Below, in pieces: positions 50,439 through 59,461 of a stretch of DNA of 64,000 nucleotides. Below the pieces are notes generated by a model. That model searched no databases. It worked only from the letters and a program-made list of their open reading frames with translations, and was not told the origin of the DNA. Source of the DNA: Deferrisomatales bacterium (lineage in GTDB: Bacteria; Desulfobacterota; Deferrisomatia; Deferrisomatales; JACRMM01). The stretch is from NCBI GenBank assembly GCA_033551855.1, contig JAWSUI010000015.1:13337-77336 (forward strand), written 5' to 3'. The position numbers and the translations under genes are program-made. The first letter of the stretch is position 1, and each line of letters starts with the position of its first letter.

Positions 50439-50675
50439 GCGGAAGAGGCTCCGGGTCGCGGTTCGCCGAGGCAGGTGTCGTTTCCCATATAGCCGCGGGT
50501 CTCGGGGCCCGCAAGCGGACCCGCGTCGCGGAACGGGAGACGAACGGCCTTTCCTCTTATCCGAACGGTTGTTTCGGACCGGCGGGGCCGCGGCAGCCCC
50601 TCGGAGGACCGACGGGCCGGCATGCCCGAACGTCCCAAGCGGCGTCGCCCGCCGGGACGGGAAGGCCCGACGGCC

Positions 50676-51055
50676 TGGCCGAGGAACTGGGCATGGACCC
50701 GGTTGCCCTGCGCCTGGCAAACATCCCTACCGTGAGCCAGGCGCGGGAGGGCAATCCGCCCCACACCACCACGGGCCTCCGGTAGTGCATCGAGCGGCGT
50801 GCCCGGGAGTTCGGCTGGGACGAGGCGCGAAGGCTCACCTGGGAGCAGACCGACCCGGTGCTCCGCCGGGGGGTGGGGACAACCTCCACCCTGTGGTTCG
50901 CCGGCGGGGCGGTCCCCCCTCGACCTTGGGGGTCAAGCGCTTCTCGGACCGATCGGGGAACCTGAACATGGGAGCCAGCAACACCGGCACCGCACCAGGA
51001 CGGTCATGGCCCTGGCGGTGGCCGAGGAGCTGGGGGTCGAGCCGAGCGGCCCGGG
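50676..51055 (+). pseudogene. Xanthine-dehydrogenase-family Mo subunit internal fragment
   Basis: AEELGMDPVALRLAN...GLR*CIE...FGW...RRGVG; VK.FSD.S.NLNMGAS..GT; TVMALAVAEELGV. Internal stop and frameshifts. Confidence 0.7.
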
Positions 51056-51075
51056 CTGCCCGAGGCGAAGCCTCG

Positions 51076-51240
51076 TCAGACCTCCCCCTTCGCCTTTCTC
51101 TTCATGGGCTTGCCGCAGCAGCGCGCATCCACGTCGCAGTCCGTCCCGCACTTCTGCGTGGTGCAGACGCTCGTCACCTCCACCTCGAGGTGGCAGTCGG
51201 CACAGTCACAGACCAGGATGTCCCCCACTTTGACCTTCAT
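51076..51240 (-). CDS. 54-aa 8-Cys mini-protein (desulforedoxin/metallothionein-like), copy 2
   Basis: MKVKVGDILVCDCADCHLEVEVTSVCTTQKCGTDCDVDARCCGKPMKRKAKGEV; GAGGAGG RBS. Not in the ORF track. Confidence 0.8.
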   Translation of the reverse strand: MKVKVGDILVCDCADCHLEVEVTSVCTTQKCGTDCDVDARCCGKPMKRKAKGEV

Positions 51241-51270
51241 CGCCTTCCTCCTCGTCCCCGACCCGGGGCG

Positions 51271-51441
51271 TCATCCGCTCTTCTTCTCGGGACCCTTCCG
51301 TCTCATCTCGGTGCCGCAGCAGCGGAGCTCGGCGTCGCACCCGTCGCCGCACGTTCCCTCCGCGCAGGCCTTGGTCACCCGAAGCTCGACGAAACAGTCT
51401 CCACACTGGCACTGAAACTCGTCTCCCTCTCTCACTCTCAC
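51271..51441 (-). CDS. 56-aa 8-Cys mini-protein (desulforedoxin/metallothionein-like), copy 1
   Basis: MRVREGDEFQCQCGDCFVELRVTKACAEGTCGDGCDAELRCCGTEMRRKGPEKKSG; same Cys spacing as its neighbour. Confidence 0.78.
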   Translation of the reverse strand: MRVREGDEFQCQCGDCFVELRVTKACAEGTCGDGCDAELRCCGTEMRRKGPEKKSG

Positions 51442-51869
51442 CGTCGTCCCTGTTCCTTTCGCCGTGGCGGGGTTCGTGGTCGGGCTCTCGCGCACGGAAC
51501 GAGCCGGGGAGGCCGACGGCGGGTCGAGACCCGGGGAACCGCGACCGCGCCGGTGTCGCCCCTCATCGAAGGATACCCGGACGGGGGCTGGACACAAGCG
51601 GCGGGAGGAGCATTGGACCCTTCGTCTACGAGTTCCATCCGTGCGTTCTGCCACAGCCGCCCGCTCGCGCTCCCGCGGAACCCTGCCGGCGCGCAGCAGG
51701 CTCCCCTCCACGCGAGGGCAGAGCTCTCGTCCCTCGAGTGCATCGCGAAGAGGCACGCACACCGGTTCCTTTCCGCCAGCTCGCGCATCCGACCGAGGTC
51801 CGGGTCGGCGGCCATGCCTCCTCCCTCTTCCGGCCCGGCTTCGCCGAAGGACATCGGGCAGCCGCGGGA

Positions 51870-52577
51870 TCAGGGACCCCGACCCCTGTCGCGGAGCCGC
51901 TTCTTGGTCTCCATCAGGCGCGCCTTCACGTCGATGTCCTTGGGGCAGACCTCGGTGCACTTCCCGTGGCCCTTGCAGCCCCAGATGCCGTCGGCGGCGT
52001 CCAGCAGGCCCATCCGGTCGGTCTCGGCGGCGTCGCGGGAGTCGAAGAGGTAGCGGAAGGCCCGGAGCAGCGCCGCCGGCCCCAGATAGTCCTCGTTCTC
52101 CTCGGTGATGGGGCAGGCTGCCGTGCAGCAGGCGCACAGGATGCATCGGATCGCCTCGTCGATGACCGCCCGGTCCTCCGGGCTCTGGGTCCGCTCCCGC
52201 TCGGGGGTCTCCCCCTCGGGCATGAGGTAGGGGCGGACCGCCTCGTATTTCTCGAAGAACCCTTCCAGATCGACGACCAGGTCCTTGACCACCCGGAAGT
52301 TGGGGAGGGGCTCCACGCAGATGGGGTCCTCCTCGTACTCCCGGACCATCCGCTGGCAGGCGAGCGCGCAGCGGCCGGCGATGAGCATCCCGTCCGAGCC
52401 GCACACGCCGTGGGCACACGACATGCGCAGCGTTAGGCTCGGGTCCTGCTCCCAGCGGATCCGGTTGAGGCAGTCGAGGATCCGGTCGGTGGGCGCGGCC
52501 TCGACCCGATACTCACGGTAGCCGGGCCCGTCGTCCTTCTCGGGGTCGAATCGCTGGATCCGAAAGGTGCGCTCCAT
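51870..52577 (-). CDS. sdhB: Succinate dehydrogenase/fumarate reductase iron-sulfur subunit
   Basis: SCAHGVCGSDG...LAC, CILCACCTAACP, C..HG.CTEVCP. Start reassigned to MERTFRI (GGAGGAG RBS). Confidence 0.93.
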   Translation of the reverse strand: MERTFRIQRFDPEKDDGPGYREYRVEAAPTDRILDCLNRIRWEQDPSLTLRMSCAHGVCGSDGMLIAGRCALACQRMVREYEEDPICVEPLPNFRVVKDLVVDLEGFFEKYEAVRPYLMPEGETPERERTQSPEDRAVIDEAIRCILCACCTAACPITEENEDYLGPAALLRAFRYLFDSRDAAETDRMGLLDAADGIWGCKGHGKCTEVCPKDIDVKARLMETKKRLRDRGRGP

Positions 52578-52618
52578 GGGTGCTCCTCCCGCAGGGACGC
52601 TGCCGGCGCGGCGGCTCA

Positions 52619-52781
52619 GAGGCTCCGAATCCATCCCCGGACCGAGCCAGACGGTCGAGATGCGAGCCGGGCGAGGAGGAAGCCCGCAGCCATAGCTGGG
52701 CTCTACGGCAAGGGCATCCGACGAAGCTCGGCGAAGCAAATCGGCCGTCGCGGCGACGGGAGGGGATCGATTCACAGCCTC
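52619..52781. mobile_element. 163-bp MITE inserted at the sdhA stop codon
   Basis: TIRs GAGGCTCCGAATCCATCCCC / GAGGCTGTGAATCGATCCCC (17/20 identical), flanked by TCA at 52616-52618 and 52782-52784. Internally self-complementary. Confidence 0.72.
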
Positions 52782-54509
52782 TCAGTAACTTCGCTTCTTC
52801 GGTTCGAACCGCCCCGGGGCCACCGGTTTCTTCTCGATTCGCACCTCTTCGCCGTCCCGGTAGGCAAAGGTGTGGGCCAGGAAATTCTCGTCGTCCCGTT
52901 CGGGGAAATCCTCCCGGTAGTGTGCGCCGCGGCTCTCCTTCCGGAAGAGCGCGCTCTCCACCATCACCTGGGCCAGGTCGAGGAGGTTGCCCAGCTCCAA
53001 CGCCTCCAGGACCTCCAGGTTGAAGCGCCGTCCCTCGGACGAGACCCCGATCTCGCGGTAGCGCTCGCGCAGCCCCCGGATCGCCTCCCGGGCGTCGACC
53101 AGCCCCTCCCCGGTCCGAAACACCGAGCAGTGCTCCATCATCTCCCCCTGGAGCTCCCCGCGCAGGGCCGGTACCCGCTCGCGCCCCCGGGCCCTGCGCA
53201 GCGACTCCAGGCGCTCCCGGGCCCCCTCGTCCGAGACCCGGGCGTCGGCGCCGGCGAAGCGGCCTTCGTCGAGCGCGCGGCGGATGGCCTTGCCGGCCCT
53301 TCGGCCGAACACCACGAGATCCAGCAGCGAGTTGCAGCCGAGGCGGTTCGACCCGTGGACCGAGACGCAGGCGCACTCCCCGGCTGCGTACAGCCCGGGC
53401 ACCGAAGACCCGTCGACCCCCCGGACGACCTCGCCGTCCACCGTGGTGGGGATGCCCCCCATCATGTAGTGGCAGGTCGGCAGGACCGGGATCGGCTCCT
53501 TCACCGGATCGACGCCCGCGTAGATCCGGGCGAAGGACGTGATCTCCCAGAGGCGCTCCAGGAGCCTCTCCTCGCCGATTCCGGTGAGGTCCAGGTGCAC
53601 GTGTTCCTCCCCCCCTACCCCCCGCCCTTCCCGGATCTCCTTCAGGATGGCGCGGCTCACGATGTCCCGGGGCGCCAGGTCCTTGTTGGTGGGGGCATAC
53701 CGCTCCATGAACCGCTCGCCGCTCCCGTTGCGCAGGATCCCCCCCTCGCCCCGGGCCGCCTCGCTGATCAGGATCCCGAGGCCCCGGATGCCGGTGGGGT
53801 GGAACTGCACGAACTCCAGGTCCTCCATCGGCAGGCCCCGCCGCAGCACGATGGCCTGCCCGTCGCCGGTGTTGGCGAAGCAGTTGGAGCTGGTGCGGTA
53901 GATCTTGCCGAAGCCGCCCGTGGCCAGAAGGAGGCAGCGGCTCCCCACCGTTCGGAGCTCGCCCGAGGCCAGGTCCAGCAACACCGCTCCCCGACACCCC
54001 TGCCGATCCAGGAGGAGGTCCGCGAGGACGAGCTCGGAGTAGAAGCGGACTCCCCCCTTGACGCACTGGTCGTGGAGGGTGTCCATGATCACCCGGCCAG
54101 TGCGGTCCGAGGCATAGCAGGCGCGCTTGACCGCGGCACCGCCCAACTCCCGGGTGTGGCCGCCGAAGGTCCGCTGGGCGATCTTGCCGTCCTCGGCACG
54201 GCTGAAGGGAACCCCCATGTGCTCGAGCTCCAGCACGGCCCGGGGCGCGTCCCGGGCCAGGATCTCGATGGCGTCCTGGTCCCCCAGGTAGTCGCTCCCC
54301 TTGACGGTGTCGAACATGTGCCACTCCCACCGGTCCTCCTCCTCGTTGCCCAGGGCGGCGGCGATGCCGCCCTGGGCGGCCCCGGAGTGGGATCGGGTGG
54401 GGTAGACCTTGCTGACCACGGCGACGTCGATCCGCCCCGCGACCTCCACGGCGGCCCGCAGCCCCGCGATCCCGGCCCCGATGATCAGGGCGTCGTGTCG
54501 GGCGTCCAT
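52782..54509 (-). CDS. sdhA: Succinate dehydrogenase/fumarate reductase flavoprotein subunit
   Basis: GAGIAG, RSHSGAAQGG (covalent-FAD His), QFHPTG, SEAARGEGG, LAPRD, HYMMGG, HGSNRLG.NSL, ESRGAH. Confidence 0.95.
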   Translation of the reverse strand: MDARHDALIIGAGIAGLRAAVEVAGRIDVAVVSKVYPTRSHSGAAQGGIAAALGNEEEDRWEWHMFDTVKGSDYLGDQDAIEILARDAPRAVLELEHMGVPFSRAEDGKIAQRTFGGHTRELGGAAVKRACYASDRTGRVIMDTLHDQCVKGGVRFYSELVLADLLLDRQGCRGAVLLDLASGELRTVGSRCLLLATGGFGKIYRTSSNCFANTGDGQAIVLRRGLPMEDLEFVQFHPTGIRGLGILISEAARGEGGILRNGSGERFMERYAPTNKDLAPRDIVSRAILKEIREGRGVGGEEHVHLDLTGIGEERLLERLWEITSFARIYAGVDPVKEPIPVLPTCHYMMGGIPTTVDGEVVRGVDGSSVPGLYAAGECACVSVHGSNRLGCNSLLDLVVFGRRAGKAIRRALDEGRFAGADARVSDEGARERLESLRRARGRERVPALRGELQGEMMEHCSVFRTGEGLVDAREAIRGLRERYREIGVSSEGRRFNLEVLEALELGNLLDLAQVMVESALFRKESRGAHYREDFPERDDENFLAHTFAYRDGEEVRIEKKPVAPGRFEPKKRSY

Positions 54510-54651
54510 CGTCCTCCTCCTCTCGGTGCCCGGACCCGGCGCCGGGGACCGGCCGGAACGGCCCGCCTCCGGGGGTCGTGCCACGTCTTCAAACGCCGAT
54601 CCCCGGAGATTTCAGCCGTCAGGGGATCCCGGAGAAGGGGTTCCCGCAGGA

Positions 54652-54691
54652 GATCCGGAAAGCCGCCTCGATCGAGGCGGCTTTCCGGATC
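54652..54691. repeat. Perfect 40-bp palindrome
   Basis: GATCCGGAAAGCCGCCTCGA|TCGAGGCGGCTTTCCGGATC. Confidence 0.8.
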
Positions 54692-54871
54692 GGCACCCTC
54701 GACCGTCCCTCGAGCCGGGCCCTCCCCGGGAGACGCGCCGGAACCGCTCCGGGGTGTCCCCGCTCCGCGCGCTCGGGGCGACGTCCCCGGCGTCCGAGCG
54801 GATTCCCACCCCGGACGCGGCCCAGGGCCGCAGGGGCGCGGGAGGGTCCGCTCGCCGCGGCAGGGCGCCCC

Positions 54872-55162
54872 TCAGGAGGCCTTGACCCGAAAGGTGTCCG
54901 ACCCGCAACTGCGGCACGCAGTCACCGGCGTGCCCCCGGGAAAGCCGACCTCCTCCTGGCACTGAACGCACACCGCCGCGACGGGCCGCTCCAGCGGCTG
55001 CCCTGCGTGCAGGAGGTCCCCGACCTTCACCGGTCCGGCCTCTACCGCCGGGGCCTCCTCGCTCTTGAGCTTCTCCACCTGCTCCTCGTACAGCTCTCGA
55101 GGGACCTTGGCCCCCGGATCGGTCCGGTAATGGTCCGGTACGACCTTCGGTCTCTTGCCCAT
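54872..55162 (-). CDS. Small protein with C-terminal zinc ribbon
   Basis: CVQC...CRSCGSDTF; GGAGGA RBS before MGKRPK. Confidence 0.6.
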   Translation of the reverse strand: MGKRPKVVPDHYRTDPGAKVPRELYEEQVEKLKSEEAPAVEAGPVKVGDLLHAGQPLERPVAAVCVQCQEEVGFPGGTPVTACRSCGSDTFRVKAS

Positions 55163-55324
55163 CGGGTTCCTCCGCGACCCCCTCGGTGTAAAGAGCCCCT
55201 GCCGAAATCCGGTTCTCGGAGTGATGGCAGCGCCTCTCGGCATCGTTATCAGCGATTCCGGAGACGTCAAATGGGAGGGATCCCACCCGACCCCCGGAGC
55301 CAAGGTGCGAGAGCTCCCGACGAT

Positions 55325-55913
55325 AATGGGGATGCCATAGAGCTTTCCCGCCAGCACGTTGCTCGTGCCCCCGAACCCGGCCAGATAGCTTACCCGCGCC
55401 ACCCCCAGACCCGCGTCCTTCCCCTGGGTGCGTCGGAGCGAAAAGTCCACCGGCTTCCGGCCCCGGGCGGCCTGAACGCACCGGGACGCCTTGCTCGCGA
55501 GCGCGGTCACGAAGTTCACTGCGTTGATCACGTAGGTCTCCACCAAGTGGGCCTCGAGGATCGGGGCGGTGACCTCCAAGATGGGCTCATCCACGAAAAA
55601 GGGGCGTCCTTTTCCGGCGACGCCCACACGTCTCCCCAGAATCGGACGCCGGACAGGAAATGGAGAAAATCCGGGGAGAAGATCCCCGTGGACTCGAGGT
55701 AGTCCAGCTCGTCCCTCCCGAAGCGGAAGGACTCCAGGAAGTCGAGGACCGCCTCGAGCCCGGCGGCGGCGAAGTATCCCCGATTTCGTGGGTATTCCCG
55801 GATGTACAGGCTGAACGTGGCGGGTGCGGACATCCTCCGCCCCCAATACGCTGAGCCATGGTCAACTCGTACAGATCGGTCAACAGGGACAGGTTGTGGT
55901 GGTTCTTGTCCAT
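55325..55913 (-). pseudogene. pncB: Nicotinate phosphoribosyltransferase, frameshifted and truncated
   Basis: LLTDLYELTM / ATFSLYIR..P.NRGY..AAGL / EPILEV.AP..EAHLVET, DFSLRRTQG, TSNVLAG in different frames. C-terminal half missing. Confidence 0.85.
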
Positions 55914-55965
55914 CGTCTCCTCCCCGTCTCGCGCAAGGGCGCCTCGCCCGTGCGCACAGCCCCGC

Positions 55966-56950
55966 TCACCGGCGGCGCGCGGAGGGACGGGGGTCGTGGT
56001 GGATGTCGAGTATCGCCCGGGCAAGCGGTCCCGCGATGTCGAGCGAGTGCACGTAGGGGGCTCCCCCGAGCTCCTCCGTCGAGGGGATGCTGTTGGTGAC
56101 GACCAGCTGGCTCAGAATCCCTCGGTCGTGGAGCCTGTCGAGCCGCTCCCGGGCCTTGGGCAGGCCGAGGTAGTGGGAGACCCCGACGTGGATCTCCTCG
56201 ATCCCCTTCTCTTCCACCGGCGCTTCCGCGACCGCGTGGACCGTGCCGCCGGTCCCGATCATGTCGTCCATCACGAGGGCGATCCGCTTTCCGGAAAAGT
56301 CGCCGATGAGCTCCTCGATGGCGGCCGTCTCGGGATGGGGCCAGTGTTTGGAGGCCACGGCGCTCGGAAGCCCGAGGGCGCGGCCGAAGGCGGCCACCCG
56401 GCGAGCCGCCACGAGATCGGGTGCCACCGCGATGACGTCCGACCGCCCCCGGAAGCTCTCGAAGAAGCGCGAGAACAGCTCCAAGGACTCGACCGCGGTC
56501 ACCGGGATGCCGTAGAAGCCGCGGATGGTCTCCATGCGGGGCTCGAACGCACCAGTCGATCCATCCCCGCGCAAGCGTTCAGGTCGGCGACCAGTCGGGC
56601 GGTGGTCGGTTCCCGCCTGGATCTCGTGGGCTTGTCCTGCCGGGAGTAGGCCAGGTAGTGCAAGACCCCCACGACCCGGCTCGCTCCCCACTCTCGGGCC
56701 ACCCGCACCGCACACCAAAGGGCCATCGCGTTCTCGTCGATGCCGCGGCCGCCGCGGGCGTCCCTCAGCGCCTGGCCCACGTAGACGTCCCTGCCCTCAG
56801 GGTCCTTCTCCAGCCAGGCACAGGTCTCCCGGTCGGAGAACTGGAAGTCCACGTCTTCCACGAGGATGGCCCCCTCGATCGATGCGCCCTGCCGCAGCCC
56901 CCGCAGAGCGCAGCGATCCCTTCGGCGAGCTCCATCCCCGAACGGCATCC
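55966..56950 (-). pseudogene. prs: Ribose-phosphate pyrophosphokinase, frameshifted
   Basis: FSDRETC, DVY..Q, YLAYSRQDK, then APD, DDMIGTGGT and VVTNSIP in another frame. Confidence 0.78.
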
Positions 56951-57039
56951 ACAGATCAAGGCTGGGGCGCGGGGGAAGCCGGTCTTCGACGGGGTTTACG
57001 CGAACCACTCGGCCATGCACGGTAGCCCGCCGGAGCAGG

Positions 57040-57560
57040 CCCTCGCCCGCAAGCGTTTGGAGCCCCATGTCGAGCAGATCCGCACCTGGCTCGGCGAGCG
57101 CGACATGACCCTGAAACAGGTCTGGCGCCTCCTGAACGGGCGGGGCGTCGCCGTAAGCTACCCCAGCATCAAGCGCTTCGTGCGTCAGCGCCTGGAACCA
57201 GCCACTCCACGGGTCACCGTGCGACTGGAGACCCCGCCGGGCCGCCAGGCCCAGGTCGACTTTGGCCGGACCCGGGTGATGGTCGCCGGGGAGCGTCCTT
57301 GGACCGGCGGGCCCACAACGCCCACCACGTGGTCATGAAAGGAGAGTCCTACCGCAAACGCCGCCGCCCCCAGGTCATTGAGTCCTCACCCCAGCAACCT
57401 GAGCCCACCGAGGCCCACACTGCCCAATAACCTTGACCCCGGGCCTGCCCAATTCGGCTGACCCTTGACACGCCCTTCCTCGCAAGTTCCTCGTCACTTT
57501 CAGCGCCAACTTTCCTGACTTGCCCGCTCGAAAACCGGGAAGCCACTTGACGCCTCACCA
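57040..57560 (+). mobile_element. Internally deleted IS21-family element (istA fragment joined to istB tail)
   Basis: SYPSIKRFV...RLETPPGRQAQVDFG (IstA) joined to LDR.AHNAH.V.MKGESYRK (IstB C-terminus). Confidence 0.78.
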
Positions 57561-57712
57561 TCCCGTGCTATGAATCACGCTAGGACCGGAGCGGCAGGGG
57601 GAAAAGCACCGGCCCAAGGGCCCTGCGGGCTGCTTCTACCCGGCGGCCTCCTTCCCAGACCCGGGCCGGTCGAATCAACTTCCCCTCCACTATGATTGCT
57701 GGAGGACTCACT

Positions 57713-59461
57713 GTGAGATCCGTCCGACCTCCCCTCGCGACGGCGCCAGCCAAGACGCCGACCGGCGTCACCGGTTTCGATGAAATCACCGACGGCGGTT
57801 TGCCGCACGGCCGAACGACGCTGCTGGTGGGGGGGCCAGGCTCCGGCAAGACCGTACTCTCGCTGCAATTCCTGGCGCACGGCGCGCACCATTGCAGGGA
57901 GCCGGGCATCTTTGTCGCTTTCGAGGAGACCGCAAAGCGCATCTTGGGAAATGCCGAAAGCTTCGGCTGGAATCTCGAGGAGTTGCAGCGCAAGAGAAAG
58001 TTGGTTTTCTTGGACGCCCAGCCGATGCCTGGCCTGGTCGCGTCGGGTGATTTCGACCTTGGCGGGATGCTGGCGGCGCTGGAGGCCCAAGGCAAGGAAA
58101 TTGGGGCGAAGCGCATCGTGTTCGATGCGCTGGATGTCGTATTGACGCTGCTGCCCGACACCGCGGCGAAGTTACGAGAGGCCTACCAGCTGCATCAGTG
58201 GCTGTTGGCGCGCGAACTGACTGCCCTGGTGACCGTGAAGGCCCCACAGGAGGCGGGGAGCCCCTTCATCCACCCCCCATTCGACTCTATGCAATTTATG
58301 GTGGACTGCAGCGTGATCCTCAACCACAGCGTGGTCCTGGGAGTGTCGCAGCGTAATCTGCGCGTGCAGAAGTATCGCGGCTCCAGCTTCGACGAGAACG
58401 AATCGCCGTTTATCATCGGCAAGAGCGGGCTCGATGTCGCCGTCTCGCGGCCGCTGAGCCGCGCCCACAGGGAGGTCACCAACGAACGTGTTTCCAGTGG
58501 CGTGACGCAGCTCGACACCATGCTGGGCGGCGGGTACTTCCGGGACGCAACCGTACTGATCACAGGCTCTCCGGGCACGGGCAAGACCGCCTTGGGTGCT
58601 GCGTGCGCGCAGGCGGCCTGCAATCGCGGCGAACGCACCCTGTTCGTCAGCTTCGATTCCGATGGTGCCGAGGTGATCCGCGGCCTGGCGGCGTTAAGGA
58701 TCCGGCTGGATCGCCACCTGAAGAACGGCGCCCTGCGCATGCTCTCGGCCCGCGCCAGCATCGGCAGCGCGGAGACCTACCTGGTACGCATCAAGGCGCT
58801 GGCGAAGGAGCATGGAGCCCGCTGCGTGGTGATCGATCCGATATCTGCGTTGTCGAAATCCGGCAATGAGCGGACCGCACACAACGTGGCGGAACGGTTG
58901 ATCGACTGGTCGAAGGCCGACGGCATTACGCTCCTTTGCACCAGCGTGCTCGACGAGTGGTCCCGCCAGACGGAAGGCGGCTCGCCGCCGCGGCTCGCGG
59001 CGCTGGCGGACACGTGGATTCACCTCAACTACCTGGTGCAGACAGGGGAGAGAAACCGAGGCCTGTCCATCATCAAGTCTCGCGGGATGGCGCATTCGAA
59101 CCAGGTACGCGAGCTGATCCTCTGCGACAAGGGGGTGACTCTCGCCGACACGTACACGGCGAGCGGCGAGGTGCTGATGGGCATGCAGCGCTGGCAAAAG
59201 GAAAACGACGAACGTGTCGCCGAAGAGGTCAGGGAAATCTCCGATGAGCTCAAGCGAGTCAGCATCGACGCCGATGAGGCCGAGCTCGAGGTGCGAATGA
59301 AAGCGCTGCAGGCGGAGCTCGTCGCGAAACAGGTCGAGAAGGCTCTGCTGACCCGCACCACCGAGAGCCTCGAGGGAGAGTTGTCGCGAAGTCTCACCCG
59401 GCGGAAAGAGTTGCGCGGGGCCGATGCGGCGAAGCCAAGGCGCAAGGGAGCCCGGCCATGA
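57713..59461 (+). CDS. kaiC: Double-domain KaiC homologue
   Basis: PTG..GFDEIT.GGLP.GR.TL..GGPGSGKT, FEE, KYRGS; second domain SSG..LD.MLGGG, GSPGTGKT, KSRG.AHSNQVRE. Confidence 0.93.
   Translation: MRSVRPPLATAPAKTPTGVTGFDEITDGGLPHGRTTLLVGGPGSGKTVLSLQFLAHGAHHCREPGIFVAFEETAKRILGNAESFGWNLEELQRKRKLVFLDAQPMPGLVASGDFDLGGMLAALEAQGKEIGAKRIVFDALDVVLTLLPDTAAKLREAYQLHQWLLARELTALVTVKAPQEAGSPFIHPPFDSMQFMVDCSVILNHSVVLGVSQRNLRVQKYRGSSFDENESPFIIGKSGLDVAVSRPLSRAHREVTNERVSSGVTQLDTMLGGGYFRDATVLITGSPGTGKTALGAACAQAACNRGERTLFVSFDSDGAEVIRGLAALRIRLDRHLKNGALRMLSARASIGSAETYLVRIKALAKEHGARCVVIDPISALSKSGNERTAHNVAERLIDWSKADGITLLCTSVLDEWSRQTEGGSPPRLAALADTWIHLNYLVQTGERNRGLSIIKSRGMAHSNQVRELILCDKGVTLADTYTASGEVLMGMQRWQKENDERVAEEVREISDELKRVSIDADEAELEVRMKALQAELVAKQVEKALLTRTTESLEGELSRSLTRRKELRGADAAKPRRKGARP

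Noticed and set aside
51438..51854. ORF between sdhB and the Cys-rich pair
   Set aside because: It has an RBS-like GGAGGAGG before the ATG at about 51815, but no recognisable motif, so it cannot be supported.
484..54965. Many long overlapping or antisense ORFs (e.g. 484-2796, 7418-9655, 12445-14982, 43923-46583, 52872-54965)
   Set aside because: Shadow frames of real genes in high-GC DNA, with no recognisable motifs.
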